A stretch of DNA of 64,000 nucleotides. It comes from Spironucleus salmonicida. Taxonomy: Eukaryota. How positions within the stretch are numbered: position 1 is the first letter of the stretch; each line of letters opens with the position of its first letter. Under the pieces are notes generated by a model. That model was given only the letters and a program-made list of their open reading frames with translations. It had not been told where the DNA came from and made no database searches. Shown one piece after another: positions 11,843-25,895 of this stretch. The translations under genes were made by a program, and so were the position numbers. The DNA is taken from the NCBI RefSeq assembly GCF_000497125.1, contig NC_090597.1, positions 124,001 through 188,000 on the forward strand. The letters run 5' to 3'.

Positions 11843-12935
11843 GCGGTAATTTGATTAAAAAAACATAGAATTATTAAAATATGATAACAATATAAAAGTT
11901 ATTAATAATAGAAATGATATGTAAAGTGTAATATGATATTAATTTGATATAAATTATTTTGGATTATAAGTAATAATTTATAATATAAAAATGAAGTTTC
12001 TAGATAAAACAATATTTATAATAAATAGAAATAGTATTATTATATAATTTTATACAAATATTTTGAGATTAAATGTTAAAAATTAAAGAATAAATATTAT
12101 CTGTATCATGAAAATAATAAATATATTCATCTAGATCTATGTGTAATACAAAGATACTAGGGAATCGAATATATATAGTAATGGTATCGATAGTAAGTAA
12201 ATACTGCAGGTTATATATATTCAGTTTAGAGTCCATATTAGCAATACTAGTCATTCATTTTCTTGCTAAGATGATTGTATAGCGAAATTAATTGTAACAA
12301 GATAACAGAAAACGTTGTAATTTAGATAATAATTATGATATATTAATGTATATATAAGTTGAATGAATTCTTTTGGGGAACATAAATTATTAGAATTCTA
12401 CAAACTATTTCATAATATCTAGTTTGCTACCACTATGAAATTTCTTACCAATTCTTATTCTTACATTATATTATACGAAAAAATAGTGATTTAGGTTTAG
12501 AAATATGAACATTATCATGAATTATATATGATTTATATGTATTGAGAAGAGAAATTTATTATAATCTATTAATGTTACGAATAAATTTAGAACTTAGGGA
12601 GATTTTCTGTATTTTTATGTGGATTACTTATCAATCTATTCTAGAAATATAGTCCAAGCCAAATAAATATTTAGATTAACAGCATAAATAACTTTTATTA
12701 AATTTAAAGAAATGCATTATTGTACATCAAAATCTTTCACTTCTAACAATTAAAAGGAAATTGCTTTAAATTGTTCTAGTATAAATTAGATTCTGCAATC
12801 TTCGATTTATCTAAGTATTTCATAGTTCTTTAGAATAGAGAAGTTAAGTAGTCCTCCTAGTCGCAAATATAATATAATTATTGATTATTCTGAAGATGTA
12901 AAATATATTAATTAATTACTAGTGTATATGAATTA

Positions 12936-13781
12936 TCAGTCAGTTCTCAAGTACGGGACAAGTCTGTTTACAATAAAGTCGTCATTATACTTGTAGTCTC
13001 CATGATGTAATTCTGTCTCTTCAAAGAATACTCTGTTCTGTTCGACCATGGATTTTAACCCGAAAGTATCCTATTTATATTCATCACGTTCGTGGTAAAG
13101 TTAAACTTCTGCATCAGTGCCTGCCTTCCATGTACCAAAGAATGCGCTCTACCATGGGGTAATAACCTCATCTGTAGAACCCCCGAACAACACAATTTTG
13201 TCAACAGACATGAAGTTTGCCTTTCTTTGCGGATCATAGTCACGGATATTATCGAGTAAGGGGAGGGATCTCGCCTTCTTAGTGTACGATTTTAATTTGT
13301 ATGGATTTCTCCAGTATTGAGAAGGACCAAGATTTGACTGGGTAAAGCCTTTGTACTACATGTAGAACATAAATCTTTAGACAAATTTAGGCAGATACTA
13401 ACCTTAACACTCAGATTTTACTCCACAAAAGAAACCACCCTGAGGCCCTGAGAGGGAGATGAATCTGACCATTGGGGCCATCTCATGGTTATGCTGCTCT
13501 AACAAAGCTCTCATTAGGTAAGCACCTTAGCTGTGACCAACTCCAATATATCCCCTTGATGTAACATTGTGTTTGGTGATGCATTCTGCAAGAAGATTAA
13601 CCTATTAGGCCACTTCCATAAAAATAGAGTCCCATTCGCCATTTCCGATTTCACAGTTGATTACAGTCGTTTATGGCATCTCTTTTTCTATAACTTATTT
13701 CATATGGGACATATAGTGGGCAGACGAATCAAACCCGTGAATAAGTACTATTGGATACTACGCTAGGAGGATACCAAGCAT
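12936..13781 (-). CDS. Palmitoyl-protein thioesterase (PPT1/PPT2 family alpha/beta hydrolase), 281 aa, paralog A
   Basis: Code 6: MLGILLAQYPIVLIHGFDSSAH..GYIGVGHSQGAYLMRAL..ISLSGPQGG..QYWRNP..DEVITPWQSAFFG..DTFGLK..LHHGD. Ser/Asp/His triad motifs of the PPT family present; no internal TGA. Confidence 0.92.
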
Positions 13782-16700
13782 TTTCTAAATAGTAAATTTT
13801 GTTATTATGTCAGTGGTATCATATTTATTATTAGTAGAGTATAATATTTATACTTAAACTTAAGACTAGGTACAGTATCTGGATAATATATTGTAAAGTA
13901 TGGATAAATTATTTACTTTATTTTGAGAAATATTTTTACAATTTTAACTTTTATCATGAAACTAACGATACATTTACTCAGCATTAGTCTAATGAAATTA
14001 ATAAAATTATATTACTGGCTATATGTTTATTATACTTTACGTTTAAAATTATTTTTGTTAGTATTACCAATGATACATACTCTTCCTGTTATCTTATTTT
14101 TAAGTTGTGTTCTAATATTGTTAATCGGTAGTCTTTTTATTTTATATGTGTTATTGTTAGAATATATTTATTAAACTAAAGCTTAAAATAATAACATTTA
14201 TGTCATTTTATATATTTACATGTTTGCAGATAATTTAATCACAAAATGGTAAAATCCGGAGTAAATTCAACATATTGTCTTATCTTTTATATAACTATTA
14301 AGATATAATTTTGAGTAATAAATATAATCACAATTTATATAGAAAATATAATATAGTCGGATACAATATATAAATTGTATACTTTGCATAATTCTTAAAT
14401 GTATACTACTAGCGTCAGAATTATAAAAGTATTGTCATTTTATTTCACTTGTAAAACAATTAAAAAAACATTTAATTTCGGAAAGAGATATCTTATAGTT
14501 AGTAATAATGTTAATAGAATTTTATCACATTCCGGCCAATAAAATACATTAATTGTAGATTCTGATATATAACATTTATTTTTAATAATATATGCTGCTA
14601 TTATATTCATTGTGATGCACTAACTATTTTATTACGCCAGATTTGAAGGATATATTTAGAAATTATTAGTTAATCATGATAATGTTTTTATATAAGAATA
14701 AAAATATTTACTTAACATAATTCTTACGAGATGATAAATTATTATTTACTAAGATTTTATTTTGTAAATTATTAATTTCACAAAATACTTTCTTATTTGT
14801 AGTGAAAATTTAATATATAATAATTTAAATTAATTATATAATGATTAATATTATTATATGTCCCATGAGCTCATAAAATAATTAACATAATAAATTTTAT
14901 TTAAAATAAAGTTTCTTCTATAGTGTTATAAAATATAGCATAACTCTTAATAAATATTGTATATAATCCAAATAATTTATATTAAACTTAAGTTATTTAT
15001 ATTTTCGAAATTGTATTACCAAGTACATATGGTATACTCTTATTAAATTAGATATGTTTATTCATCGCAGCGCTGAACACAATAAAATGTTAAAGAATTC
15101 TTAGTTTTATATGCACATTTTTGTTTTCTAAATAATTTCACATTTAAGATCAATTTATAATGATAACTACGACAAATTTGAGTATCAATACATTAAAATA
15201 TTAATAATTTATATATAATTTTATAAATTATTAAACTAGTAATGGATAATTGATATTCTGTTAATCCGCTTCTATAATTAGCATCGATTCACTAACTATT
15301 ATTATGTTATGCGAAATATCATAACTCGATATTTTGAAAATTTTCAATTATATTATTATAAAATTTCAATAAACTTTGATTTAATTGCTTGTAAAGTAAA
15401 AATTATAAGATTAACTGCATAAAAACTGTATATTTTTATATGATTAATATTAAGTTTTAGTTTACGAATGGTATTACATAGCCATTAAAGGAAATTGTAA
15501 TTAAAATAGGCTAGAAGTAAATAATATTAATTGAATATAAAATGATACTTATAGATTTACTAGTAAGATGGTTATTAAAAGTAGTAGCTTCATTTATATT
15601 TATTTCTAAATCAATATATATATATATATAATATTTCATTTAAAGTAATGCGATTTTAGTAATATAATTATTATATTTATTACTGGTTGTAATTTAAATT
15701 TAATGTATTATTTATTTAAATTCTGATTATAAATATTCTTAGAGGAATACTTCTGGAAATATTTATAATCTAAGAATACCATACAACTGATAATTAATAA
15801 ACTAAATTAAAGCTATTTCTTACAATTGCATTCACATTTTTATACCAGTTAAATAAGTTTGATAATATTAGTTTTTAATAACAATTTTTCTTAATGATTA
15901 ATATTTTTATTATCAAATTCATGTTTAAGTATTATATAAGAAATATATACTCCATAGTTAATTGGAAAAATTATTATAAAATTAATGATATTCTTAGAAT
16001 TTATGTTTAATGATAAAGAATCACATAATTAGGAATAATTTATTATTAACATATTTTTTGAAAATAAGCATTCATATAATTATTTAATATATAATTAAGA
16101 TTATAAATAAGTTTATTGCAAAAATATTATACTTAAAACAAATTAAAAGATAAAATGTTCTAAAATATTATGATTAATTAGTTTGCATTGCCTAAAGATA
16201 AATTTTTAACGACAAATCCCATAACTATATCAAGTAACTGTACTTATTCGCTGTTAATAATAATTTATTATTTCAAGAATTGATAGGATATATCTGAATA
16301 TTTATTAAACTTTAAATTCACTGCAGCAAAGTTTTAAAGCAGTATTTTTCAATATTTTAATAGCGATCACAAGAATATATGGAGAAAGGAAATATAATTA
16401 TAAATTTGGAAATAGTTTTAACTGTCTTAAGTGTAATATTGTTATAACTATACTAGAATTTTTGTACTTAATAAATATTTCAAATAAGTAAACAAAAATT
16501 AATCAAAATCTACTATCAACCTAGATTAATCTGATAAAATATTATATCTCAAAAATAAGCGTGTACCAACCCATCCTTAATTATAATAAACCAATTTTAA
16601 CTACCTTTCATTATAAATATCGTTTCATATATAAACTTTACCAATAAGTATTCTATCCTTAAAAAATTACCAGCTAGGCCTTCATTTACTAATATTTTTA

Positions 16701-18194
16701 TATAAACCTAAGCAATAACTAAATTTTAACCATAAATTACTAAATTTGCTAAAGTCGTCATTTACCAAATTATTCTTTTTACCTATTACTTATAAAAATT
16801 TATTATTATAAACATATAATATTAAGTATATTTTTGCTACTCGAAAAATTATTTGCTGAATTACGCAGCATTAGTCGAATACTATTGAAGAAAATACTAT
16901 ATTACCTTATGATATGTGTAATAAAGCTAATCTATATAACACCAAAAATAAGGAATTTCCTGCAAGTAGCCGTACCAAGTCTCCGAACTACCTCTAAATT
17001 TTCACAGAATACACTGTGCAGGACACTTACGTAAACCTCCAGAGTAGGCTCTCCTGAGACTTATACAATGATAGAACCGACTTTCCAGGCCCATCGTAGT
17101 TTGCGCACCGTACGCGCATACTAATTACACTTTCTGCAAGGGAATTTGATGCAGTTCGTGCCTTGTTGGCTACCATCCCAAGGGCGGAAAACCATTCAAG
17201 AAGATTATCTATTAAGAGTTTCACAATGACCAGCTCTGCGATTGACCGAAATTGCCTCGGGGATGACCTGAAACTACAAGAACTTCATGATTCAGAAATG
17301 CAGGATCTGTGGCAAAAAGGCTCTAGTAAGCTGCATAGATTGCACGAAAATTCCCGAAGGAAAATTCTGTAACTGCTATCACTCGCGAATTTAGAATTGC
17401 CTAGCCTGTAACTAAATAACTGGCAACTGTTCTAATTGCCTGTAGGGGTATTTTCCAGCCAAAAATGGGGAGAAGTGCATCCGTAACGGAACCTGCCTGG
17501 TAACACAGGACTGCGGTCTGAACCAGTTCTGCTAGGGCTCTAAGTGCGTTAAAGGGGATCTGGCGCACCCGGTCTCCTGCGGCGAGCTGCTGAACTGCAC
17601 GTCCTGCGTTTCGCCGTTCTTCTGCCTGAGGTGCAGCGGCGACTACCACCTCGGGGAGGACCTGAAGTGCCTCACACCTCGCTGTGAGACGCTTGGGCTG
17701 AACCAGTACTGCAAAGACGTCAACGTCCCCGCAGCGTGCCCTGGCCCGTTCGCGTGCAGGTGCCCGAACCAGAGAGACCACTGCGCGACCTGCGATTCCG
17801 ACGGCTGTGCGACCTGCCTGGCTGGGTTCGCACTGAGCAAGCACGGCTGTACGCGGAACGTGTGCACGTCCTCGGCTGACTGCCTCTTCGGCAGCTTCTG
17901 CGCCGAGAAGGGCTGTCAGGGCTGCGAGAGCATCGGTAGCGGCGGGTACTGCAACTGCGGTGCGCTGGTGCAGAACTGCGCGCTCTGCGGCGATGGCGTA
18001 TGCCTGAAGTGCTAGCACGGCTCGTAGCTGACCCAGGGCTACTGCGTGATCACGGACTCATCCGACGGCGCGGTGGACGTGAAGCTGATGATAGAGATTT
18101 CGGTTGCTATCATTATCGTCGTGATCGGCGTCACTCTCATCATCCTGTTCGTGATATTTAAGAAGTACTCGCCTAAGCAAAATGGGTTCGAAAA
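13741..18194 (+). repeat. Inverted repeat 2, left arm, ~4.45 kb (partner 19470-23923)
   Basis: Reverse complement of 19470-23923 with coordinate sum 37664 throughout. Only two mismatches noticed (13822, 13826), although ~3 kb is very AT-rich and apparently non-coding. Confidence 0.95.
16960..17286 (+). pseudogene. Decayed 5' portion of the adjacent CRMP (mirrored at ~20378-20704)
   Basis: Broken Cys repeats with TGA stops and frame changes, e.g. VVCAPYAHTNYTFCKGI*CSSCLVGYHPKG and SGMT*NYKNFM. Confidence 0.5.
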
Positions 18195-18309
18195 AATTGG
18201 CGCATAAGACGAAATAACACCGAGACTAATGGATAATTCGCAGAATAAGTTATTAGAATTTAGTTTGTCCCATAATGATGAAGGTTCTAGCACTCTCGTT
18301 GAATAATGA
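17287..18309 (+). CDS. CRMP, 340 aa from first ATG after the decayed region
   Basis: MIQKCRICGKK.. CxxC repeats, TM LMIEISVAIIIVVIGVTLIILFVIF, tail KKYSPKQNGFEKIGAQDE..STLVEQ*. No in-frame TGA. Confidence 0.75.
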
Positions 18310-19087
18310 TAAACTTATAATTAATATTTATTATATAATTTACTAACTGAGTTTAACACCTAACCTCACTATTATACATACATATTTTAATGTCTAAGTG
18401 CGTCTAAATATTAAATTATAGTTAAATTATATACAATAGTTTATAAAGACTTTATTCATAAGCTGTGTGTATGATTTGTTAATGTATCAGAAAAAAAATG
18501 TTATTAGTTTCGTAAATTTTCCTCAATTAATATAAAATATTATATAATAATATATAAAATATATAATTTACCATTTATTAATTTACAAATTTCACAACAT
18601 ATTATTCCTATGTTATCCAGATTTAGTTGCATAAAATATTAAATATATTTTCTATTAATGTGTAATACATTAATAAATAACGATTCTTAGATTGAATTTT
18701 AACAGCTTGAGTAATTATAACTGCTAAAGAACCAAATTATTCGTTTTTATTTTTATCAGTTCAAAATTAGTATTAATTCAATTAAATAAATTGATATAAT
18801 AAATAAAATAAAATTATTGAAGCATGCATGAAACTTTATTCCATAAATAATATTTTTTTAATAATACAGTCATCACAATCTAGGCTAAGCGCTAATTTCA
18901 TTAGATTTATTCATATAATTAGTTATAATATAGTAAATTATCTATAATAATATTATAGTATATATGAGTTGCTTAATAATTCTTCGTTTAAATATTGAAA
19001 TGGAATTATGAAATAGATTTTTGCTGATTCATATTTTGGTAACCAATTCATTGTGTTTAATTATAATGTGATATTTATTTGAGTCTG

Positions 19088-20377
19088 TCAGCTAATTTTA
19101 AAATACTTTTATTTTTTGTGAAAGTTTCTTCCACGTAACTAGGATTTATGTTGCAATGATTGAAATCTATAATCATTGTAATTCATAATTTTATGATATT
19201 TTAATTAAATTCTATAAAGTTATATTTAATTACTTTGTATCCAGTTGCAATCTATAGATTTAAGAAGTGATTGTTAATAATTATAATAATTTATTGTCTT
19301 TATGAAATATAATTTTCGCCATTAGATAAATAAAACTTACAAACAACCCACCTAGCACTATATTACTAGAGAGCTATAATTATCTTCTTTACTACTCAAG
19401 CTTAAATCTAAAGTTCGCTTGTATTAATTGCACATCATATTATCGGATACGCTAAGTTTGGATTCCATCTTTTCGAACCCATTTTGCTTAGGCGAGTACT
19501 TCTTAAATATCACGAACAGGATGATGAGAGTGACGCCGATCACGACGATAATGATAGCAACCGAAATCTCTATCATCAGCTTCACGTCCACCGCGCCGTC
19601 GGATGAGTCCGTGATCACGCAGTAGCCCTGGGTCAGCTACGAGCCGTGCTAGCACTTCAGGCATACGCCATCGCCGCAGAGCGCGCAGTTCTGCACCAGC
19701 GCACCGCAGTTGCAGTACCCGCCGCTACCGATGCTCTCGCAGCCCTGACAGCCCTTCTCGGCGCAGAAGCTGCCGAAGAGGCAGTCAGCCGAGGACGTGC
19801 ACACGTTCCGCGTACAGCCGTGCTTGCTCAGTGCGAACCCAGCCAGGCAGGTCGCACAGCCGTCGGAATCGCAGGTCGCGCAGTGGTCTCTCTGGTTCGG
19901 GCACCTGCACGCGAACGGGCCAGGGCACGCTGCGGGGACGTTGACGTCTTTGCAGTACTGGTTCAGCCCAAGCGTCTCACAGCGAGGTGTGAGGCACTTC
20001 AGGTCCTCCCCGAGGTGGTAGTCGCCGCTGCACCTCAGGCAGAAGAACGGCGAAACGCAGGACGTGCAGTTCAGCAGCTCGCCGCAGGAGACCGGGTGCG
20101 CCAGATCCCCTTTAACGCACTTAGAGCCCTAGCAGAACTGGTTCAGACCGCAGTCCTGTGTTACCAGGCAGGTTCCGTTACGGATGCACTTCTCCCCATT
20201 TTTGGCTGGAAAATACCCCTACAGGCAATTAGAACAGTTGCCAGTTATTTAGTTACAGGCTAGGCAATTCTAAATTCGCGAGTGATAGCAGTTACAGAAT
20301 TTTCCTTCGGGAATTTTCGTGCAATCTATGCAGCTTACTAGAGCCTTTTTGCCACAGATCCTGCATTTCTGAATCAT
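19088..20377 (-). CDS. CRMP, inverted copy with a different cytoplasmic tail and stop-loss extension (429 aa)
   Basis: Identical to the 17287 gene up to NGFEK, then MESKLSVSDNMMCNQYKRTLDLSLSSKEDNYSSLVIQ. TGC at 19355-19357 where the twin has TGA; next TGA at 19088-19090. Confidence 0.65.
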
Positions 20378-23300
20378 GAAGTTCTTGTAGTTTCAGGTCA
20401 TCCCCGAGGCAATTTCGGTCAATCGCAGAGCTGGTCATTGTGAAACTCTTAATAGATAATCTTCTTGAATGGTTTTCCGCCCTTGGGATGGTAGCCAACA
20501 AGGCACGAACTGCATCAAATTCCCTTGCAGAAAGTGTAATTAGTATGCGCGTACGGTGCGCAAACTACGATGGGCCTGGAAAGTCGGTTCTATCATTGTA
20601 TAAGTCTCAGGAGAGCCTACTCTGGAGGTTTACGTAAGTGTCCTGCACAGTGTATTCTGTGAAAATTTAGAGGTAGTTCGGAGACTTGGTACGGCTACTT
20701 GCAGGAAATTCCTTATTTTTGGTGTTATATAGATTAGCTTTATTACACATATCATAAGGTAATATAGTATTTTCTTCAATAGTATTCGACTAATGCTGCG
20801 TAATTCAGCAAATAATTTTTCGAGTAGCAAAAATATACTTAATATTATATGTTTATAATAATAAATTTTTATAAGTAATAGGTAAAAAGAATAATTTGGT
20901 AAATGACGACTTTAGCAAATTTAGTAATTTATGGTTAAAATTTAGTTATTGCTTAGGTTTATATAAAAATATTAGTAAATGAAGGCCTAGCTGGTAATTT
21001 TTTAAGGATAGAATACTTATTGGTAAAGTTTATATATGAAACGATATTTATAATGAAAGGTAGTTAAAATTGGTTTATTATAATTAAGGATGGGTTGGTA
21101 CACGCTTATTTTTGAGATATAATATTTTATCAGATTAATCTAGGTTGATAGTAGATTTTGATTAATTTTTGTTTACTTATTTGAAATATTTATTAAGTAC
21201 AAAAATTCTAGTATAGTTATAACAATATTACACTTAAGACAGTTAAAACTATTTCCAAATTTATAATTATATTTCCTTTCTCCATATATTCTTGTGATCG
21301 CTATTAAAATATTGAAAAATACTGCTTTAAAACTTTGCTGCAGTGAATTTAAAGTTTAATAAATATTCAGATATATCCTATCAATTCTTGAAATAATAAA
21401 TTATTATTAACAGCGAATAAGTACAGTTACTTGATATAGTTATGGGATTTGTCGTTAAAAATTTATCTTTAGGCAATGCAAACTAATTAATCATAATATT
21501 TTAGAACATTTTATCTTTTAATTTGTTTTAAGTATAATATTTTTGCAATAAACTTATTTATAATCTTAATTATATATTAAATAATTATATGAATGCTTAT
21601 TTTCAAAAAATATGTTAATAATAAATTATTCCTAATTATGTGATTCTTTATCATTAAACATAAATTCTAAGAATATCATTAATTTTATAATAATTTTTCC
21701 AATTAACTATGGAGTATATATTTCTTATATAATACTTAAACATGAATTTGATAATAAAAATATTAATCATTAAGAAAAATTGTTATTAAAAACTAATATT
21801 ATCAAACTTATTTAACTGGTATAAAAATGTGAATGCAATTGTAAGAAATAGCTTTAATTTAGTTTATTAATTATCAGTTGTATGGTATTCTTAGATTATA
21901 AATATTTCCAGAAGTATTCCTCTAAGAATATTTATAATCAGAATTTAAATAAATAATACATTAAATTTAAATTACAACCAGTAATAAATATAATAATTAT
22001 ATTACTAAAATCGCATTACTTTAAATGAAATATTATATATATATATATATTGATTTAGAAATAAATATAAATGAAGCTACTACTTTTAATAACCATCTTA
22101 CTAGTAAATCTATAAGTATCATTTTATATTCAATTAATATTATTTACTTCTAGCCTATTTTAATTACAATTTCCTTTAATGGCTATGTAATACCATTCGT
22201 AAACTAAAACTTAATATTAATCATATAAAAATATACAGTTTTTATGCAGTTAATCTTATAATTTTTACTTTACAAGCAATTAAATCAAAGTTTATTGAAA
22301 TTTTATAATAATATAATTGAAAATTTTCAAAATATCGAGTTATGATATTTCGCATAACATAATAATAGTTAGTGAATCGATGCTAATTATAGAAGCGGAT
22401 TAACAGAATATCAATTATCCATTACTAGTTTAATAATTTATAAAATTATATATAAATTATTAATATTTTAATGTATTGATACTCAAATTTGTCGTAGTTA
22501 TCATTATAAATTGATCTTAAATGTGAAATTATTTAGAAAACAAAAATGTGCATATAAAACTAAGAATTCTTTAACATTTTATTGTGTTCAGCGCTGCGAT
22601 GAATAAACATATCTAATTTAATAAGAGTATACCATATGTACTTGGTAATACAATTTCGAAAATATAAATAACTTAAGTTTAATATAAATTATTTGGATTA
22701 TATACAATATTTATTAAGAGTTATGCTATATTTTATAACACTATAGAAGAAACTTTATTTTAAATAAAATTTATTATGTTAATTATTTTATGAGCTCATG
22801 GGACATATAATAATATTAATCATTATATAATTAATTTAAATTATTATATATTAAATTTTCACTACAAATAAGAAAGTATTTTGTGAAATTAATAATTTAC
22901 AAAATAAAATCTTAGTAAATAATAATTTATCATCTCGTAAGAATTATGTTAAGTAAATATTTTTATTCTTATATAAAAACATTATCATGATTAACTAATA
23001 ATTTCTAAATATATCCTTCAAATCTGGCGTAATAAAATAGTTAGTGCATCACAATGAATATAATAGCAGCATATATTATTAAAAATAAATGTTATATATC
23101 AGAATCTACAATTAATGTATTTTATTGGCCGGAATGTGATAAAATTCTATTAACATTATTACTAACTATAAGATATCTCTTTCCGAAATTAAATGTTTTT
23201 TTAATTGTTTTACAAGTGAAATAAAATGACAATACTTTTATAATTCTGACGCTAGTAGTATACATTTAAGAATTATGCAAAGTATACAATTTATATATTG

Positions 23301-23923
23301 TATCCGACTATATTATATTTTCTATATAAATTGTGATTATATTTATTACTCAAAATTATATCTTAATAGTTATATAAAAGATAAGACAATATGTTGAATT
23401 TACTCCGGATTTTACCATTTTGTGATTAAATTATCTGCAAACATGTAAATATATAAAATGACATAAATGTTATTATTTTAAGCTTTAGTTTAATAAATAT
23501 ATTCTAACAATAACACATATAAAATAAAAAGACTACCGATTAACAATATTAGAACACAACTTAAAAATAAGATAACAGGAAGAGTATGTATCATTGGTAA
23601 TACTAACAAAAATAATTTTAAACGTAAAGTATAATAAACATATAGCCAGTAATATAATTTTATTAATTTCATTAGACTAATGCTGAGTAAATGTATCGTT
23701 AGTTTCATGATAAAAGTTAAAATTGTAAAAATATTTCTCAAAATAAAGTAAATAATTTATCCATACTTTACAATATATTATCCAGATACTGTACCTAGTC
23801 TTAAGTTTAAGTATAAATATTATACTCTACTAATAATTAATGTGATACCACTGACATAATAACAAAATTTACTATTTAGAAAATGCTTGGTATCCTCCTA
23901 GCGTAGTATCCAATAGTACTTAT
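19470..23923 (-). repeat. Inverted repeat 2, right arm
   Basis: Reverse complement of 13741-18194. Confidence 0.95.
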
Positions 23924-24728
23924 CCATGGTTTTTCATCATCCGCATACTATATGTCTTAGATGAAATCTATCATATCACGAGAAATGCCTGATGCGCCAG
24001 TAATCAACTGTGAGATTGGAAATGGTTATTGGACTTCCATATTCATGGATGTCTCTAAGTAGGTTAATCTTCTTGCATAATGTATCATAGACCATAATGT
24101 TAGCGAAAGTGGATATATTGGTGTTGGTCACAGTTAAGGTGCTTACCTAATGAGAACCTTGTTGGAGGAGCACAATCACAAGATGTCCCCAATGATAAGA
24201 TTAATCTCCTTATCAGGGCCGCAGGGTGGCTTTTTCTGTGGAGTAAAATCAAAATGCAAAGGCCAATACCTCAGTTGGTTCTAAAAGAAAATAGTATTCT
24301 GGTTAGAGTATTCAAGATTAGGCCAATATGCTGTTGTTGCTTCTTAGTATTGGAGAAATCCGTATAAATTATAGTCGTATGCAAAATATGCGAAGTCACT
24401 CCCATTAGTTGACAATATCCGTGACTTTGACAATTAGAGAAAAACAAACTTCATGTCCGTTGATAAAATAGTGCTATTTGGTGGACCTACTGATGAGGTT
24501 ATTAGTCCATGGTAAAGTGCTTTCTTTGGAACTTGGAAGGATGGGACTGATGCAGAAGTTGACCTTTATAATGAACGCGAGGAATATAAACAAGATACTT
24601 TTGGTTTAAAATCTATGGTCGAACAGAATAGAGTATTCTTTGAAGAAACAGATTTGCATCATGGAGATTATATAACTGACGAAAATTTCATTGTTACCAG
24701 ACTTGTCCCATATTTAAAAACAAACTGA
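23883..24728 (+). CDS. Palmitoyl-protein thioesterase (PPT1/PPT2 family), 281 aa, paralog B
   Basis: MLGILLAQYPIVLIHGFSSSAYY..GHSQG (24126-24140, Q encoded by TAA)..SGPQGG..QYWRNP..DEVISPWQSAFFG..LHHGD; TGA 24726-24728. Confidence 0.92.
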
Positions 24729-25144
24729 GAATTTATTTATTATTAAAATATAATACTTCTGACAGCTAAATTATTATACAGTAAAAAGTAACCATAGAAT
24801 CGTTAAAAATATCTCACTAACTACATATATTTCCAAATTTGAAAAATCAGCAAATAATTAATTATGAGATTTAATTGCCTAGCTTCAAGGCAGGTTACTA
24901 TCTACAATTTGTATCAAATATCGTTTACAATAGTATAAGTATCATTATATCACGTGCAACAAACTATAAACTATTAAACTCACAGATATCCAAACCAATA
25001 CTAAGAAATACTTTCAACTTTATACTATATTCGCATAAAAGATTAATTGGTCATTAAATAGTCTTCACTTTGTCACTTATATTACAACAGTAGATAAATG
25101 CTCGGCACAAAGTTATTCAGAGAGATGCTTATTTCCTAGGATTT

Positions 25145-25895
25145 TCACTAAACTTCCTATTTCACCTTCCATGTATCGCTTTCTAGTCCACTGTAGCCTC
25201 TTTTGACCAATTAGTACTACCTATTTATTAAAATCATCACAATAACAGAAAAACCTACAAGAGCAACTGAGATTACGAATATAATCCCAACGTTAACTTT
25301 TATTTCATAACTGCAGTACCTGATGCAGAATCCTCCAGTTTTGACACTCCAAATAGTTGCTATAACCGTATAAGGTACAGTTCTGCTAAAGATCCATACA
25401 GTTGTAGCATATGTCGCTAATTATGACTTTGTAATGTTTACAGACCTATCTTTCTCCGAAAATGGAGTAATTCCAGCCATGCAAAGTTACACTATTGAGG
25501 CTAGCTAAGTTGAGATCTTTCAACGTAAAGTAGGTCAGGCAAGCAGTATACTCGTTGTAATCGTAGGTGGTACAGTTTCTCTGGCTGTTTTAGCACCTGT
25601 ACACGGCGATGATGTCGATATCCTTGCAGTACTGGTTAATTTACAGCGTATTATATTCTAGAATAAGATATTTTAGATCACTGACGAACAGGTAGTGGCC
25701 GCTGCACTTCAGGTAGATAATCGACAAAGAACATACCGCACAGTTCACCAGCTCACCGCAGGAGAGTTACTGCATTAATCCAGTTTTAACGCACTGGGAG
25801 CCCTGACATAGCTGATTTAGGTAGCTTTCATATTTTGCCAGACACGTGCCGTTCTAAATGTATTTTAAGCTATTTTTGGATGAAAAGTAGCCAAT
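25145..25895 (-). pseudogene. Decayed CRMP fragment (duplicate of 148-898)
   Basis: Same sequence as 148-898 apart from isolated substitutions. Confidence 0.75.

Noticed and set aside
13900-16800. Genes or ncRNA in the AT-rich part of the palindrome arms
   Set aside because: No motif, codon bias or structure recognised; identity between arms is explained by recent homogenisation rather than function.
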